64,000 nt of DNA from contig NC_083230.1 in assembly GCF_032191835.1 (NCBI RefSeq), positions 3,720,001-3,784,000 of the forward strand. Direction: 5' to 3'. Numbering within the stretch: the first letter of the stretch is position 1; each line of letters begins with the position of its first letter. The position numbers and the translations under genes are program-made. Under the pieces are notes generated by a model, which searched no databases, had not been told where the DNA came from, and saw nothing but the letters and a program-made list of their open reading frames with translations. Below are positions 34,091-48,236 of this stretch, piece by piece. The DNA is from Heteronotia binoei (taxonomy: Eukaryota).

Positions 34091-35892
34091 TATCACCTTA
34101 TCAGACCAAGAAGTTGAAGGAGCTTTATATGTACCAGTCTTGCCCATGCCAATAAAATGTAAGTTCTGACTGAGATGGTTGAAAAAAGAGGTTCAGAATG
34201 GAAATGAGGGAAGGAGGCTCTCTCTTAAGTGGCCCTTGTTGCAGAATCCATGCCCCCCTCAGTTTTCAATTTGTTGTAAATTAGTACAGAGAAGGTAGTG
34301 AACTGATCTTTGGGCTTCCTGTTCTTTCTTTTTGTATACTCATTTACAATTTTTTACAATCATTCCATGCTTTTGTGCTACTTAGGGATTTTTTCAAGGT
34401 CTTTCTTTAGGACAATTTATCTAACATATGTCCCAAACAATCTGTTCATAACTCCTCTTCCACACTATGCTGGGAGTTAATTTTTTTCCATGTTTATGTT
34501 GCAATAATGCTAAATCTAAATATTGCTATAAAGTCATGCGGGTTCTTTTGTACAAACAGCTTTCCTAGTGGGAAGGTTTATTGAAATTATTAAAATAACA
34601 TGGTAGGAGTATAGAATGGTAATTTGCAGAACCTCTGAATGTGCCATTTGATTTTGGAAGCTTTCTATTGCTTTCTGTTTCCTGTGGATGCAAATGTAAT
34701 TCTCAAGCTTGTGGGCTTTTCTACAACTGTTCTGAAAATCACCTTGTGAGAAGCTTTCAGCCAATCACAAGTTGAGAAGAGCAGCATTATCCAATTATAA
34801 AACCACTTCTGTGCATAGTATCTTTGAATAATGGACTAAAATCTTGCCCTCAAAATGAAAGGTGTCATTTCTCTGTTTCACTTTCCCGTCCTGCTTACAA
34901 CTACAAAAATATCTGCTCAGAACAAGAATAATGGAGACAGTGGTGTTTCCTAGCAGGAGAGGGAAACTCTAGAATTTCTTTTGATCTGCAGGGATGAGAA
35001 GATACTGGATGCACTGATATAATCCCATGAACACTGATGTTTTCAAACAGATTTTGAAGCAGATGCATTCAATGAAATATAAACATTCCACAGTGAAGTG
35101 CTGGAAAAAATGCATGGCTTCTCATAACAGCCAACTTACCCTTTTTATAATGAGCTGGATTGGATTCTGCAAGGAAATGAGAGCCTGAGGCCAAAGTACT
35201 TGGTAAGAAGCATACGAATATAGAAGAAGGAGATGGTCAGAAGATCTTTTTACCCATGATCTGGTTACTATTGATGCTGATCAGATCTGCTGCCCCATGC
35301 TGGCAGATATGGGCAAGTGTTCCCTATATCCATATCCTATAGCTCACCTTCCCTATAATTCTAATTTCCCTAATATAAGTAACAGTATTTTTACACCAGT
35401 GTAACTCTTGTATGGCATGGACATTTTATATTGGCTTTTCCATAGTTTGCATATGAAAGCTGTAGATTGCATAACCCTTGCGTCGCTCTGCCCCACTACG
35501 TTTTCACTCTTGCAAGTAGAGCAGGAAGGGTTTCCATGACATATTCATCCTTGCAACCCATAATCTGTCCTGCCCAGGGAGACAAAGCAGAACATAGGAG
35601 CCTTCCAAGAACAATCACAGGCCAGTGCTTCAGCATAGTTTACACAGGCCCTCCACTGGACCTATTTGTACAATCCAGAAGAATGGACCCCGAAGTAAGG
35701 GTTGTTGGAATTCTGTACCTGTCCTGCATGTCTTTGCATTGATCTAAGTTCCAATCATTGTAGGGTTAAAATGTTTCCCTGTTCTCTATTGTCTGCCTGA
35801 CCTAGGAAGAGGAACTTGGCTGTCTACCAATGAAGAAAAAGCCTGCGAAAGTACTGTTTGTTTGTATACGCTGATGGTACATCTGACTGCAC

Positions 35893-36375
35893 CCTAATTT
35901 GATCTTCTTGCAGTCCATGGGACTCTCAAGATTCTTCTTCAGCACCACATTTCAAAAGCATCTATTCTTCTGCGCTTGGCCTTCCTTATGGTCCAGCTCT
36001 CACAGCCATACATTACTACTGGGAATACCATCTATACCAGCTTTGACTATACGGACTTTTGTTGCCAAGGTGATGTCTCTACTTTTTATTATACTGCCCA
36101 GGTTTGCATAGCTGTCATCCCAAGGAGCAAACGTCTTTTAATTTCATGGCTACAGTCACCATCTGCAGTGATCTTGGATCCCAGAAATGTGAAGTCTGTC
36201 ACTACTTCCATGTCTTCCCCTTCTATTTGCCAAGGTGTGATGGGGCCGGATGCCATGATCTTAGTTTTTTTGATGTTGTGTTTCAAGCCTACTTTTGTGC
36301 TCTCCTCTTTCACCCTCAACAAGACGTTCTTTAGGTCCTCCTCACTTTCTGCCATTAGAGTGGTGTCATCTGCAT
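35893..36375 (-). mobile_element. RTE (BovB-like) LINE RT fragment
   Basis: ADDTTLMAESEEDLK...NIKKTKIMASGPIT.WQIEGE..FLGSKITADGDCSHEIKRRLLLG. Confidence 0.92.
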
Positions 36376-36409
36376 TCTGGGTTATATCATTGTTATATTG
36401 ATATAACAA

Positions 36410-36700
36410 GGCTATTTAAAAACAAGAAAGGTGGCTTACCTTCACAAATTACAGCTGCGCATACAATGTCCTAGCAGCTGAGAGCAAATACCAAATTAAA
36501 GTCCTTTGGAAATTTTTCTAATTGTAATCCAAGCAAAAAAGTCTCTGCAGTTTTCTTGAAGTCGTAACCCAAAATTTTGGAGATTTCTTGTTGTATCATC
36601 TTCCAGTACTCTTTCGCTTTTTCACAAGTCCACCACATATGGTGAATTGCTTCATTTTGTACTAGACCTGCACTAGACCTGTAATTATCAGTGATCCTAA
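36410..36700 (-). mobile_element. L1 ORF2 C-terminal fragment
   Basis: HMWWTCEKAKEYW..IQQEISKILG. Confidence 0.75.
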
Positions 36701-36793
36701 CAAAGATTGACAAAACCTTATCACCTTGCTCATTGTGTGTTTTAACGTGTCATCCCTACTGTTGTTACTCCTCTCTGTTTCACAGAGATAAAG

Positions 36794-38264
36794 GTTTATG
36801 GGTGAATGCTACCCCGCAACCCCATCCCTTGGAATCCCTTTGAAGTAGTCCTTAAAGGTGTTGTATCAATGTATTGTTGGCATTACTCTCAAAAACCTGT
36901 TACCAAAGTATCGGTCTATCAATAAACGCAGTCTTTGTATCAACTTCGACGCGTCATTGAACCTGCATGCTTGACATTTTGAGAGTAATCTACAAGAAGT
37001 TTAATCGCTCTGGCAAATTTGTAGCCAAATGGCTGAAAGGATTCCAGCAAGCAGTGAACTTCCAGAACCTGAAGAAGGGGTGAGGGCACCAACCCCACCG
37101 TGGCACATGCTGGACGCCCAGAAGGTAGCTGGACTGAGCTCCCCACTCCACATCCAACAATTGTTAGTCACTCCGCGGCAGTGGCAGCCACGTACTTCGA
37201 CCACCACGATGGATGAGGCTCCTGTACGCTGAGAAGCCATCCTAACCAGGCACACGCGGAAGATAAGATGGCAAACAAAGTGTGTGAGAACCCAGGGCCT
37301 GGAGAAGAAGAGGAAGTCGGGGTTGCCGTAGTATCCGGTGCAGACGCTGACCCTCCTCTGGGCGCGGGGCTCGGAAACCCTGAGGGGGCCATGCTTGAGA
37401 GAGGAGGAAGACGAGGTGGCTCGCAAATTCTGGGCAATGATCTGAAAGGAGGTCGAGCAGGCAACCAAGGGCTTGCATGACGAGATGCAGGCCATGACCA
37501 CCATGATGGCTGGGGAGTTCGACAGGCAGATTGAACGAGTCCTGAGGAGAGCCCCGCAACTGCCAGTGGCCAGACCCCCAACGGTGCCACCGGCAGTACC
37601 TCCGCAACCAGCGGCACCCTCCGCGCCTCGAGAGGGGGGACGCAGGAGAGAGCTGGACGCCATCTTTGATGGGGATCCAGAAGAGGTGGACTACTTCACG
37701 ATCCAAGCTAATAGCTATATGCATTACTGGGGGAACACATTTCCAGATGAATTCAGTCATGTGGATTACCTGGGGTCGAAATTGAAGGGGACTGCGAAGA
37801 GGTGGTACATGAGTTTGTACGAAGCCATGAGCCCGGAGCTGGACTTTGTAGCCACTTTCCTGCAAGCCTTGCTGGCCCAGTATGAGGACCCACTGTAGGA
37901 GACTCGCGCCCTGGTGGCCCTGGGGGACATGCAGCAGGGGTCCAAGACAATTTGGGAATATGCCGCTGAGTTCCGCACCAATGTGGCCAAGGTGAGGGGG
38001 TGGAGTGAATTGATGAAAATCAAACATTTCACCCGCGGGCACAGTTCTGATAATGGTATGGGAAAATAGACAGTTACGATAGTTTATGGGTGAATGGTAC
38101 CCCACAACCCCATCCCTTGGAATCCTTTTGAAGTAGTCCTTAAAAGTGTTGTTTCAATGTATTGTTGGCATTACTCTCAAAAACCTGTTACCAAAGTATC
38201 GGTCTATCAATAAACGAAGTCTTTGTATCAACTTCGACTCGTCATTGAACCTGCATGCTTGACA
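36794..38264 (+). mobile_element. Internally deleted Ty3/gypsy (sushi-like) LTR retrotransposon
   Basis: Direct repeats 36794-36976 and 38082-38264 (about 7 mismatches in 183 nt, both ending TGACA) flank a decayed gag (FDGDPEEV..F..QA..YM, LKGTAKRWY, LLAQYEDP, QQGSKTIWEYAAEF) resembling PEG10/RTL-type gag; pol is absent. Confidence 0.88.
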
Positions 38265-38461
38265 TTGCACACTGTCTTGACATTTTCAGTGAGTTATCTA
38301 CCACGACCACAAGATCTCTCTCTTGGTCAGTCTCTGCCAGTTCACACCCCATCAACTTGTATTTGTAGCTGGGATTCTTGGCCCCAATGTGCCACATTGA
38401 ACCTCATCTGCCACGTTGACGCCCACTTGCCCAGCCTCAACAGATCTCACCACCCTGAACA

Positions 38462-39330
38462 ATTGTGGGCAAGAGTCCCGTAGAAGAAATGGTGTAGCCT
38501 TAATAGTTAACAAGAGAGTGAGGAGAGCAGTAATGGGTTACAATCTCAAAAATGACAGAATGATCTCGGTCCGTATCCAAGGCAAACCATTCAATATCAC
38601 AGTAATCCAAGTCTATGCCCCAACCACTGATGCAGAAGAGGCTGAAGTGGACCTGTTCTATGAATATCTACAACACCTTCTGGAATTAACACCAAAAAAA
38701 AAGATGTCCTCCTCATCATAGGGGACTGGAATGCCAAAGTGGGAAGTCAGAAGGTAACCGGAATAACTGACAAGTTTGGCCTTGGAGAACAAAATGAACC
38801 CAGGCAAAGGCAACTCTACACATGGACATCACCTGATGGGTAACACAGAAATCAGATTGATTATATACTCTGCAGTCAAAGATGGAGAAGCTCCTTACAG
38901 TCAGCAAAAACAAGACCTGGAGCTGACTGCGGCTCAGATCATGAGCTACTCATTGCAAAATTCAGGCTTAAACTGAAGAACACTGGGGAAGCTATCAGGC
39001 CATTCAGGTTTGACCTTGATCACATCCCTTATGAATATACAGTGGAGATGAAGAATAGGTTTAAGGGACTAGAGTTGATAGAGTGCCTGAAGAATTGTGG
39101 ATAGAGGTTCGTGACATTGTACAGAAGGCAGCAATCAGCACCATCCCAAAGAAAAAGAAATGCAGAAAGCAAAGTGGCTGTCTGATGAGGCTTTACAAAT
39201 AGCTGAGGAAAGAAGAAAAGCAAGAGGCAAAGGTGAAAAGGAAAGATTCACCCAACTGAATGCAGATTTCCAGAGAACAGCAAGGAAAGATAAGGAGGCT
39301 TTCCTGAAGGAACAATGCAAAGCAATAGAG
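38462..39330 (+). mobile_element. RTE (BovB-like) LINE endonuclease-region fragment
   Basis: RRNGVALIVNKRV, NDRMISVRIQGKPFNITVIQVYAPT, GDWNAKVG, KAKWLSDEAL. Confidence 0.92.
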
Positions 39331-42300
39331 GTTCCTGGCTTTTCTACCCTCCCTTTGCCCCAACCGCATCACTCGCCATTAGGTGAGAGAGTCTCAGCTA
39401 CCGGAGACAGAGGTGAAGGTGGAGGGTGTTTGGTGAAAGTAAATGAAACTAACCCAAAAACGGAAGACCAAGAGGAGACGAAAAGGAAAAAAAAAAGACA
39501 ATATACTTGAAGTAAGGCGCTTTTTGTTATGGCTGCAAATTGGGCTTGGCTCGGTCTCGTATGCGGGTGTGGCTGAGAGAACTACTTTGAGACAACTACT
39601 TTGTGGCTGGCAAGAGGAGCAGAGGAACAAAGTCGGAGGAAGGAGGAAAGGAGGTGGGCGGTGGCAGCAGCAGCGGATTTGGCACCGAAGGAACAAACTG
39701 ATTTTTTCTTTCCCTGTCTCACCTCCTCTCCGTGGCTAACAAACACCATAATTGGTATTTTTCTTTCTTTTTGAAGTATTCTACTTTTTTCTTGTTAAAG
39801 AACACTGAAATGTGATTTAAAACACTGTATCTCTAGCTGAAGGGCGTGGAAAAGAGAGAAGTCGGAAAGTGACAACCCTGTGCTACAAGAGTGGAAAGAC
39901 CTCAAGTTAGAAAGTAAATTTCTTGAAACTTGCCTAAAACTAAAGACTCATTTAAAACATTGTGTGTAAAGATTGCTATGTGTTGTGGAGATTGGATGGG
40001 AGAAAATATATAATGTTATAGAAGATCTGATTTATATTAAGGATTAGGTGGACTATTTTTTTTTTTGGACTAAGAGCTGTAGAAAAGTGAATAGTTCATT
40101 AAAAGACTGTGTTCAATCAATATAAAATAAGTAACTTGGAAGAAGAGATTTAAAGACTAGGAAGATCAGAAAGACAAAAAGGGGGGGAAACGGACAAAGA
40201 AGAAGAGGAAGAAAGGGGAAACAGAAGGACTGAAGGAAGAAAGAAGAAAGAGAGGGAAAGCAAGGAATTGAATGCAGTAAAGCAGAGGTGACCAGTAACC
40301 CAGAGGGATGGGAGTGGGGCAGAGAAAATATACATTCCCATTACTTGAATTAAAGCAGGGCCCTTTAACTTTCTCCCATCCACCTTTTAAACAGATTAGG
40401 ACTACATAGTTAAGTCTACCCTCATCTGGAGTAATATAGTGGGGGACAGGAGAGAATAATATAGTGGGGCTCCTTTGTTTGTAGGTAGAGGGGGAGGTGG
40501 AGAGAGAGAGAGAGAGAGAGAGAAGGTGTTTTCCCAGTTACCTTCCTTTGTAGCTCCATACAGGAGAGGAAAATGTGACTTGGAAAGTACTTCCATGATT
40601 TCCAGTGACACATGCACTGATTTCACTTGAAATAAAGTGAATTCAGCAAGCTCTGAATCAACCAAGAACACCTTATTACAAGAAGAAACATTCACAAACA
40701 ACCCAGGCAACTCACTCAATATATACACTGTGGCTGAGTTAAACATGCCCCCTTTAGTCGGCTGCAATCCCTCCTATTGGTTCACTCCAAAATTCTTCAT
40801 TTGCATCTCTTTGTTACAAGTTGTTACAAGTCTATCATCCTGATTGGCCAATTCTTCCGGGCTTCAGGATCCTGGTTTGCAAGAAGTGCCTGTCTCAAGC
40901 TCAGGCAACAAGAACCCAGTGAGATGCAATACTTAACACAGCAAATACATAACATCACTTATGATTGATTTTACACAAATTCAGCCATCAGCAGTTAACA
41001 TCTTTGACTGCTTTAATTCTATTTATATTGGAGGCAGGGTGGGGGGTTTGATGACGCACTAATGAATCAAGTCAGCATAGTCACTCATTCTCTGAAATTT
41101 ATCTTGCTGTGCAATTCAAGTGCCTGGCAAATAAAATTACAGCTGTAATAGAAGAAAAGTGTCCTAGTGTACAAAGCTAATGATATCTCTAGTAATTAAG
41201 ATACCCACCAGTCTGATCACTGCTGTTTCTTATGTACAGTTGAACTGCTGGATACTTTTGTCTCTTCTTATTTTTTTCTTTGTGATTGAACAGATAATGG
41301 TATCATGATTTAAGCTGCAAAATAAACTGCATTACAACATTAAGTTCTTAATTATTTGAACATTTGGAGCACAATTAAATGTCTCTTAAAAAGTGGCTGT
41401 TAGATTACCTAGTGTTCCCAAGTTTTAAATGAACATCCAAATGATCTTTAAAAACTAATTTGCTTTCATTCTTCATGATAACGTTGCAAATACAGATGTC
41501 CTAGAATTGCATTGTTTATAAACTGGAAAGCTAGCTGATGTCCACTGTTGATTTTAGTCTCTTGCTAGAGCATTTGTTGGGCATTGTGATACGCTACTGT
41601 AGACTGTTAATGTAGTCAACAGCATTCTGGAGATAACTGAAAGGAAAATGCAGCTTTTAAAAAAAAAAAACAAACAAACCCCAACCTAAATGTGGACTTA
41701 GTTTAATGTAACTTACCTACTTGCATGGGAATATAATTGATTCGTTAGCTGCTGAGCAGTCCTACAGATAAGCTGTTTGACCCTTTTCCATTTGAAGTCC
41801 TAAAAATGGGCATGTTTTACAGCTTGATCTTAGTTAAGCTTCATATGAAGTCCTTCTGTGTTCACTTGTTCAATTGAATGACCTTCCAGTAAAGAATCAG
41901 CAGCAGATCCAGCATCTTATCATCAGTAAGAAGAGTACAGATAGAAATAAGCCCTCACATTTGATGTAGCTAGCTAGACAGAAACACCTGAGCAAGAGGA
42001 ATCTTCAGAGGTAGATCAGATGTCCCATGGTTGGAGGCTTGGAAAGTTTATTGCTCTTTAACTCTCCCTTGGGGCAAGCACATTAGACTTTAGAGAGTCA
42101 GGCTTTTGGGGTCCCAGGCAAGGCTACCTACTTGCACCCACCATCAATTTAAAAACAAAACAAAACATGTTCCAGGCTTAATATCAGAAGCTGGCCCTGG
42201 ACATATGAACAATTGATGGAGTCATTATTTAAGATTCTATTGTATCATAAACTAAAAGGCATGCAAAAGCACAGAAGGTGATATAAGTTAATGCCAAAAG

Positions 42301-44149
42301 GACCCCTGCTTTCTCAACCAGCTCTTTACATCAGTGACCTTTAAAGGGAACACAGCCCAATTCTTTACAGGGTATATATGGTATATTCACCACTGCTCTC
42401 TGCTTTACATTAAGATCCATTTCCAGGTTTTGCCTTTTCTTCATTCCAAAGTCCTCCCCCCCCCCCCAAGAATTTAGACCATGCAGTAACTTTAAAAACA
42501 TATTTCTAAAAGCACACTCCCTGGCCGACTTGACCCATGGGACCTTCCCTCTCTCACCACCGCTGCGTCTTTAGCAAACTTTTATAGGAGTTGATCAAAA
42601 TTTAGATTTTTCAATTCCCCTTCAATGTATAAGAAGATTTAGTTTAGTCAACCAGAGAGGTAGATGAAGGACCTCAAAAAACAGGAACAGAGCTGAAATC
42701 TAAATACTTGCTGCAAAGAATTCCCTCAAGAGGTGGGAGATGCCTAAGAGCTAAGGGAGCTGCAGATCAGGGGGGGCTGAATAGAGAGCTGGGCCCCAGC
42801 AACCTGACAGCAGCTACTCGAGGGTTGCCCGGTCTGCTGGAAAATACCTGGAGACTTTGTGGCTGGATCTGGGAGAGGGAGGGGCCTCAACATGGTGCAG
42901 TGCGATAGAGGCCACTCTTTAAAGCAGCCATGTTCTCCAGGGGAAATTATCTATGTTGGCTGGAGAAGTGGGAGATCTTCCGGCCCCACCTGCAGACCGG
43001 CAGTCCTAAACTAGTCTAAAAGCAAAATCCATGACGGAAGTCCTGGGGAGAAGAGATCCTCTTCCATCCAAACTCTGGCAGACAAGGCGTCAGAAGACCA
43101 TAACTTTTAATTGATTTAAGCCGGGGGGGGGGGGCTCTCCTATACTCAGCTCTGCATTTTCCTATTGATTGTATCAAGTTGGTGTTGAATATTAAAGAAT
43201 ATTATTTGTTTGGATTTGAGGAGAAACATGCGGTTCTTTAACTTGGATTGGGTAGCAGGTGCCCAAGACCTAACTTTGCTAACCTGCCCTGAGAAACCTG
43301 ACAGGCTCACATGCACAAGGAGATGACATTCTCTATCAACATGTCAACACTCAAACATTGCACTAAGAAACAGATTCCCCAGGAAAGCCAGGCTTGTAGC
43401 CACAGCGGGGCCTGTGAGGGCACCGCCCCCTGACTTCCAGGGAGCCCTCCATGGGGGGCAGTCCTTTTTCTTTTGCCATGACTGAGCTGCTAAAGCATCA
43501 GCATCAGCAGTTGGGAGAGCTGAGCAGGGCACAGGGCAGGCAGAGAGGAAGGCGGCAGAGGAAGCCTGTGCAATGGGCTGAGGAGGGGGTGATGGATGCA
43601 GCTGCTGGCTGCAAAGTGCTGGGGTGGGGGAGAGGAAGGTGGAAGGAACCCCCCCCCCTCCGTGCTTGCACAGAAAGTGCAATCCCTTCTTGACTCCCAA
43701 GTTTTAGGGTTGGCTGCCTTGACTTGGCCATTTTAAGAGCCTCCAGCTTTTGCCCCTACCCCAGAAAGCTTCTGAGAAGTGGCAAGCCCCACGGGGAATG
43801 GGAAAGGTACCCCCTGACTTTTTTTTTTAAAAAACCCGACTTTTAAAATCCTGGCTATGGCCTGAGGAAAGCTGTGCAGCTAAAAGCTGGGTCAGCTTTC
43901 AGAGACTATGAGCTGCAAACCAGAACCCCCCTGGGAACTGCCCCAGCCTGACTCTCAGCTGAGAGCGGGGGTCACTGTGGACAGTGCCCCCTTGTGGGCC
44001 TGTTTACTTTCCCCCACGTAAATGAACTGTGGCTGTGCCTTGATGGAAGAATGTGATAGGCCTCTTTGTAAACGTGCCATCTGGATGAATGTGGTTTTAT
44101 GGACTGCATCTACAAACCTAATTAAAATTGTTTACAGGTTAACCATAAG

Positions 44150-44432
44150 GGGGAGCCCTGTGGCACAGAGTGGTAAAGCTGCAGTACTGCAGTCCAAACT
44201 CTGCTCACGACCTGAGATCAATCTCGGTGGAAGCTGGGTTCAGGTAGCCAGCTGCAGGTTGACTCAGCCTTCCATCCTTCCAAGGTCGGTAAAATGAGTA
44301 CCCAGCTTGCTGGGTGGGGGGAATGTAGATGGCTGGGGAAGGCAATAGCAAGCCACCCCGTAAAAAGCCTGCTGTGAAAAAAGCGTGATGCGATGTCACT
44401 CAGAGTCGGAAATGACTGGTGCTTGCACCTTT
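44150..44432 (+). mobile_element. Sauria-type SINE
   Basis: Aligns with 1426-1722 over its length. Confidence 0.9.
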
Positions 44433-45789
44433 TCCTTTCCTTTTCTTTTCTTTTCTTTTACCCATAAGGAGGAACCTCCTGCTTCTATGTCTGATTCACA
44501 GCAAACCAAAGTTTGGAATCCAAAAAACTGTTAAATATGGCCATGCGTTTGGCATACCTGGTAGAATTTTAGCTGAATAGGGTTCCGGACTCAAGTGCCC
44601 CTGGCTAAAATGCAGCAATCCTGCTGTTATACCAATGTCATTTCCAATGCTCTGCCCTTTGCTTTGAGGTGGATGCTGTCTTCGTCTGTCTTCTTGCCCC
44701 GCCCCGCATCTCACAGGAGGAGCTTTCTTTGCTCCCTATCTAACAACACTCAGAGGAGGAAGAGGGTATCACAACTGGTGCAGTTGCTCTCTTTTCTCTC
44801 ACTCTGCTCCCCCCCACACCTACCATTTTATCAGCAGCACTTTCACCAGTTTTACTCTTCAGTGCTGCTACCACAGCATCCTCCTGTGCATGCACATACC
44901 AGGCTCTCACTTGTCTGTGCCCCCTCCTGACTTTGCCCCCCTCCCATTCCATTCCCCTCAACCATCAGTCTTCATCTGGCTCTAACATCAAGAAATCTCA
45001 TACTCCGCTCTTTTCCTTCTGCCATTCTGGTGCTTAAGTGAAATTTAGTTTGTCCTTTACCACCACTCTGACTCAGAGGCAGATCACCAAGGAATCGACA
45101 AGGCCCAACAAGAGAGGAAAAGGAAGGAGGAGGAACTACATTACCCATAATACACTCCACTCTAACTAGTGGGTGCCTTTCTTCTCTTGTATCCTTCCCA
45201 GCTCTGCCCGCCTTCCCTTATTCCCCCTGCCCCAGGAGACCAAGCGGGCCAGCTAACCAGCTCCATCAGGTCACACACTCATTGGTGAGTCCACTGCCCT
45301 CAGGGGGCTCTGGTGTGGGCAGCCAGTTGGTGGGGCTGGGTGGCAGGCCAGAGCTGGGACTGTCAAGTGGCCGCTCGCTGTGCTGCTTGGCATCGAACAA
45401 ATCCAGCACCTCCTGCAAGCTGAACTGCCCCAGCATCGCACCCCAACCAAGGGCAGCCACCGCTGCTCTGCCCACCACCACATTATGCCCAGCTGGCCCA
45501 GCACCTTGGCTGCCTCATCCCACCTCCACCCACTGGACCCAGGCTACCTTGGCCAGCAGGCCAGGAGCTTGCTCAGGGTTTGCTGTGCAAGGCTTGTCCC
45601 ATCCCACCCCCACTTCCATGAATCACATGGGGGCACCCAAGTGCCACTGCTGTAGGCGACCACCTAAGGTTGCCTAGTGGGCATGCTGGCCCTGGTCAGC
45701 ATGTAGGTTAGTGAAGTCAGACAGGATACAAAATCCTTTGTTTTTCATCCACCCCCCCCCCCCAGTTAACCTTCCCTCACTAGATCAGT

Positions 45790-46150
45790 AAAGATTATTT
45801 TGGGCTTGCTCTACATGGGGCTTCCCTTGAACTTGACCTGGAAACTGCAACTGGTGCAGAATGTGGCAGCATGCTTGCTAATGACTGTGTGACACATATT
45901 CAACTGGTGCTCCATCAACTGCACTGGCTGCCTATAGAGCACTGGATCCAGTTCAAAGTTTTAGTGTTGACTTTCAATGCTTTATGCAGCCAGGGACCTG
46001 CATATCTCTGCCTCTATGTGCCCTGGAGACTCTTGCACTCAGCTGATCAATACCTTTTGACTGTCCCTCGCTTGAAGGATGTCTGGCTAGCTTCAACCAG
46101 GGCCAGGGCCCATTCCACCCTGGCCCCAGACTGGTAGAATAAGCACCCTT
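45790..46150 (+). mobile_element. L2 LINE 3' fragment
   Basis: GLPL..TWKLQLVQN, LHWLPI..IQFKVLVL motifs. Confidence 0.8.
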
Positions 46151-47119
46151 ATTCTGTGTACAGCTGGAGGAAAAACAGCTGGGGAAAGTACAATAGTACA
46201 AGATTGTTAGGAGATTGGAGCAGTTTTCCTATGAGAAAAGGCAGAAGATCCCGGGACTCTTCAATTTAGAAAAGAGATTACTAAGGGAGAACATGATATG
46301 GACTTATAAAATTAACCTGAGAGTCATTGATTGCCCCAAGGTCATCCATCAAGCTTCCATGGTAGAGTGCTGTCTGAGTCTCCCAGGTCCTAGTCTGGCG
46401 CTCTAACCACTACACCTCTTTGGGTCACTTCATCCTCACTGAAGATGACAGTGTTCTAGGATAAGCATTCACAGAATAGTGTGCATAACTAATACACATG
46501 CACAGTGGCATACCAAGGGGTGTGTGGTCCACTTTGGGCAAAGCTTAAGGAAGGCCTTTGAAATGGGCCCCTGAAGCCATTGTTGTCCTGCTGCCTCCAG
46601 CTGAACATCTTCCCTTTTATTTTAAAGATGTAGTTCTTGCTGCAGCCACAAGGGGCACAGGGATATCTAAGCATAGCAAAAAGCTCTATGATTGTCTAAG
46701 ATTCCGGCTTTCTCCATGATTCAAGCAGACGTCCTTAACAGCTTGAGCTGATAATTATTACAGTAATTGCCAGAGAGAGAACAAAGTTTGAGTGCAGTGG
46801 CACTTTTAAGACGAACAAATTTTTACTCACACTATAAGCTTTCATGAGGGGGGTTCTTCTGAGAACCACAATTTGCCTTAAGATTGCCCTACTCTGCTGC
46901 TTATTTTGAAACCTGGTCGCACATATGCATGTTAAAAGGAAGGAAGGGGGTGAAGGAAAAAGATGCATTAGGATAGGGGAAAGGGATTTGGGTATATTCT
47001 TTTGGCAAAGTTCTGAAGGTTTTTTAGAGTAGATTTCTTTGTGTCTATCAGGGACTTTATTTTCTTTTGAAAAACCTCTATTAGGAATTACAATACTTGG
47101 ATTGGATTCCATTGTTTAA

Positions 47120-47455
47120 TACAGAGCTTTTTTGTAGAAAAGGCCTAGCAGGAACTCATTAGCATATCAAACCACACCCCTAATATTAGCATATTAGCTC
47201 ATTACCATATTAGGCCATACACTCATTAGCATATTAGGCCACACCAGCTGGGATAATCAAGTGCAAGTAGAACTGGTGGTAGCTGGCTCTCGCTCCCCAC
47301 CTTCCACCCCTCTCTCCCTCCTTCCATGCAGAAGCTGCAGCTGCTCCCACTAGACCGTTGAAGGCACCCATACACCCCAGCAGCAATCCTTCAGGTACTG
47401 ACTGGTTTGTTACCTACAGTGTCACTCTTTGCCCTGGCTGCAAAAAAGTTAGGGC
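47120..47455. mobile_element. MITE-like element, related copies at ~3880-3985 and ~26035-26290
   Basis: Shared CAGGGCTTTTTT..GTAGAAAA-type end, repeated CTCATTAGCATATTAGGCC units and a shared internal block. Confidence 0.6.
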
Positions 47456-48236
47456 CTAGATTGCCGTCTCAGTAAATAAATCTTATGACTAACTGGTTCT
47501 ATTTTAGGTGTTCATAATTTTATCATATATTAATGTTTGTAATTAATTAGGTTTACTATGGTTGAGTCTAATGGTAGTTGCATTTCTATAATTCAATATT
47601 ACTTGCTTTTATATCTTATCTCATAACTGATTTCTTTTTATGATGCTTTTAGTCTTTTTAAATCAAGAAGTTCTTTATTTTCTTTTGTGATGGCCTTTTG
47701 CTATAAACAATAAATATTTCTGCTCTGCTCTGCTGTCCTTCAGAAGACAATGCCCACCACTCAGGGAAGGGAGGGAGGGAGGGAAGAAGGAAAATAGATG
47801 GGGGAGGGAGAAGGGAGGGAGAGATGGAAAGAAAGCTACTAACTTTAAATGCATTCTCCACGCTACTGGATGGCCTGGCTTGGAGAAGTGATTTAAAGAG
47901 AAAATGCCTTCTCCAAGCCAGTCAATGGAGTGGTGGTGGCTTTGAGAGCCACCGAATATATGTGAAATAAGGCTCCCAAGCCACAGTTTGGCCACCCCTG
48001 GTCTAAGAGGTGCCACTGGACTCAAAATTCATATTAGGCTAACTTCCACATAAGTCTTTTCACCTACTGACATAACCTCCATCTTATTTGGACTGAGTTT
48101 CACTTTATTGGCCTTTGTCTAACTAGTTACAGAATCAGATACTTGCTCAGAATATCCATAGCCTCATCCTAATTTAGATGCAAAGGAGAAACAAACCTTG
48201 GTCTCATCAGCATACAAATGATACAGCATTCTAGAC

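Noticed and set aside
37473-37898. Possible domesticated PEG10/RTL/LDOC1-like host gene
   Set aside because: In-frame stops and frameshifts, and it is flanked by paired LTR sequence; it is a decayed element.
37001-38105. 220-, 149- and 287-aa minus-strand ORFs
   Set aside because: Antisense shadows of the GC-rich gypsy gag.
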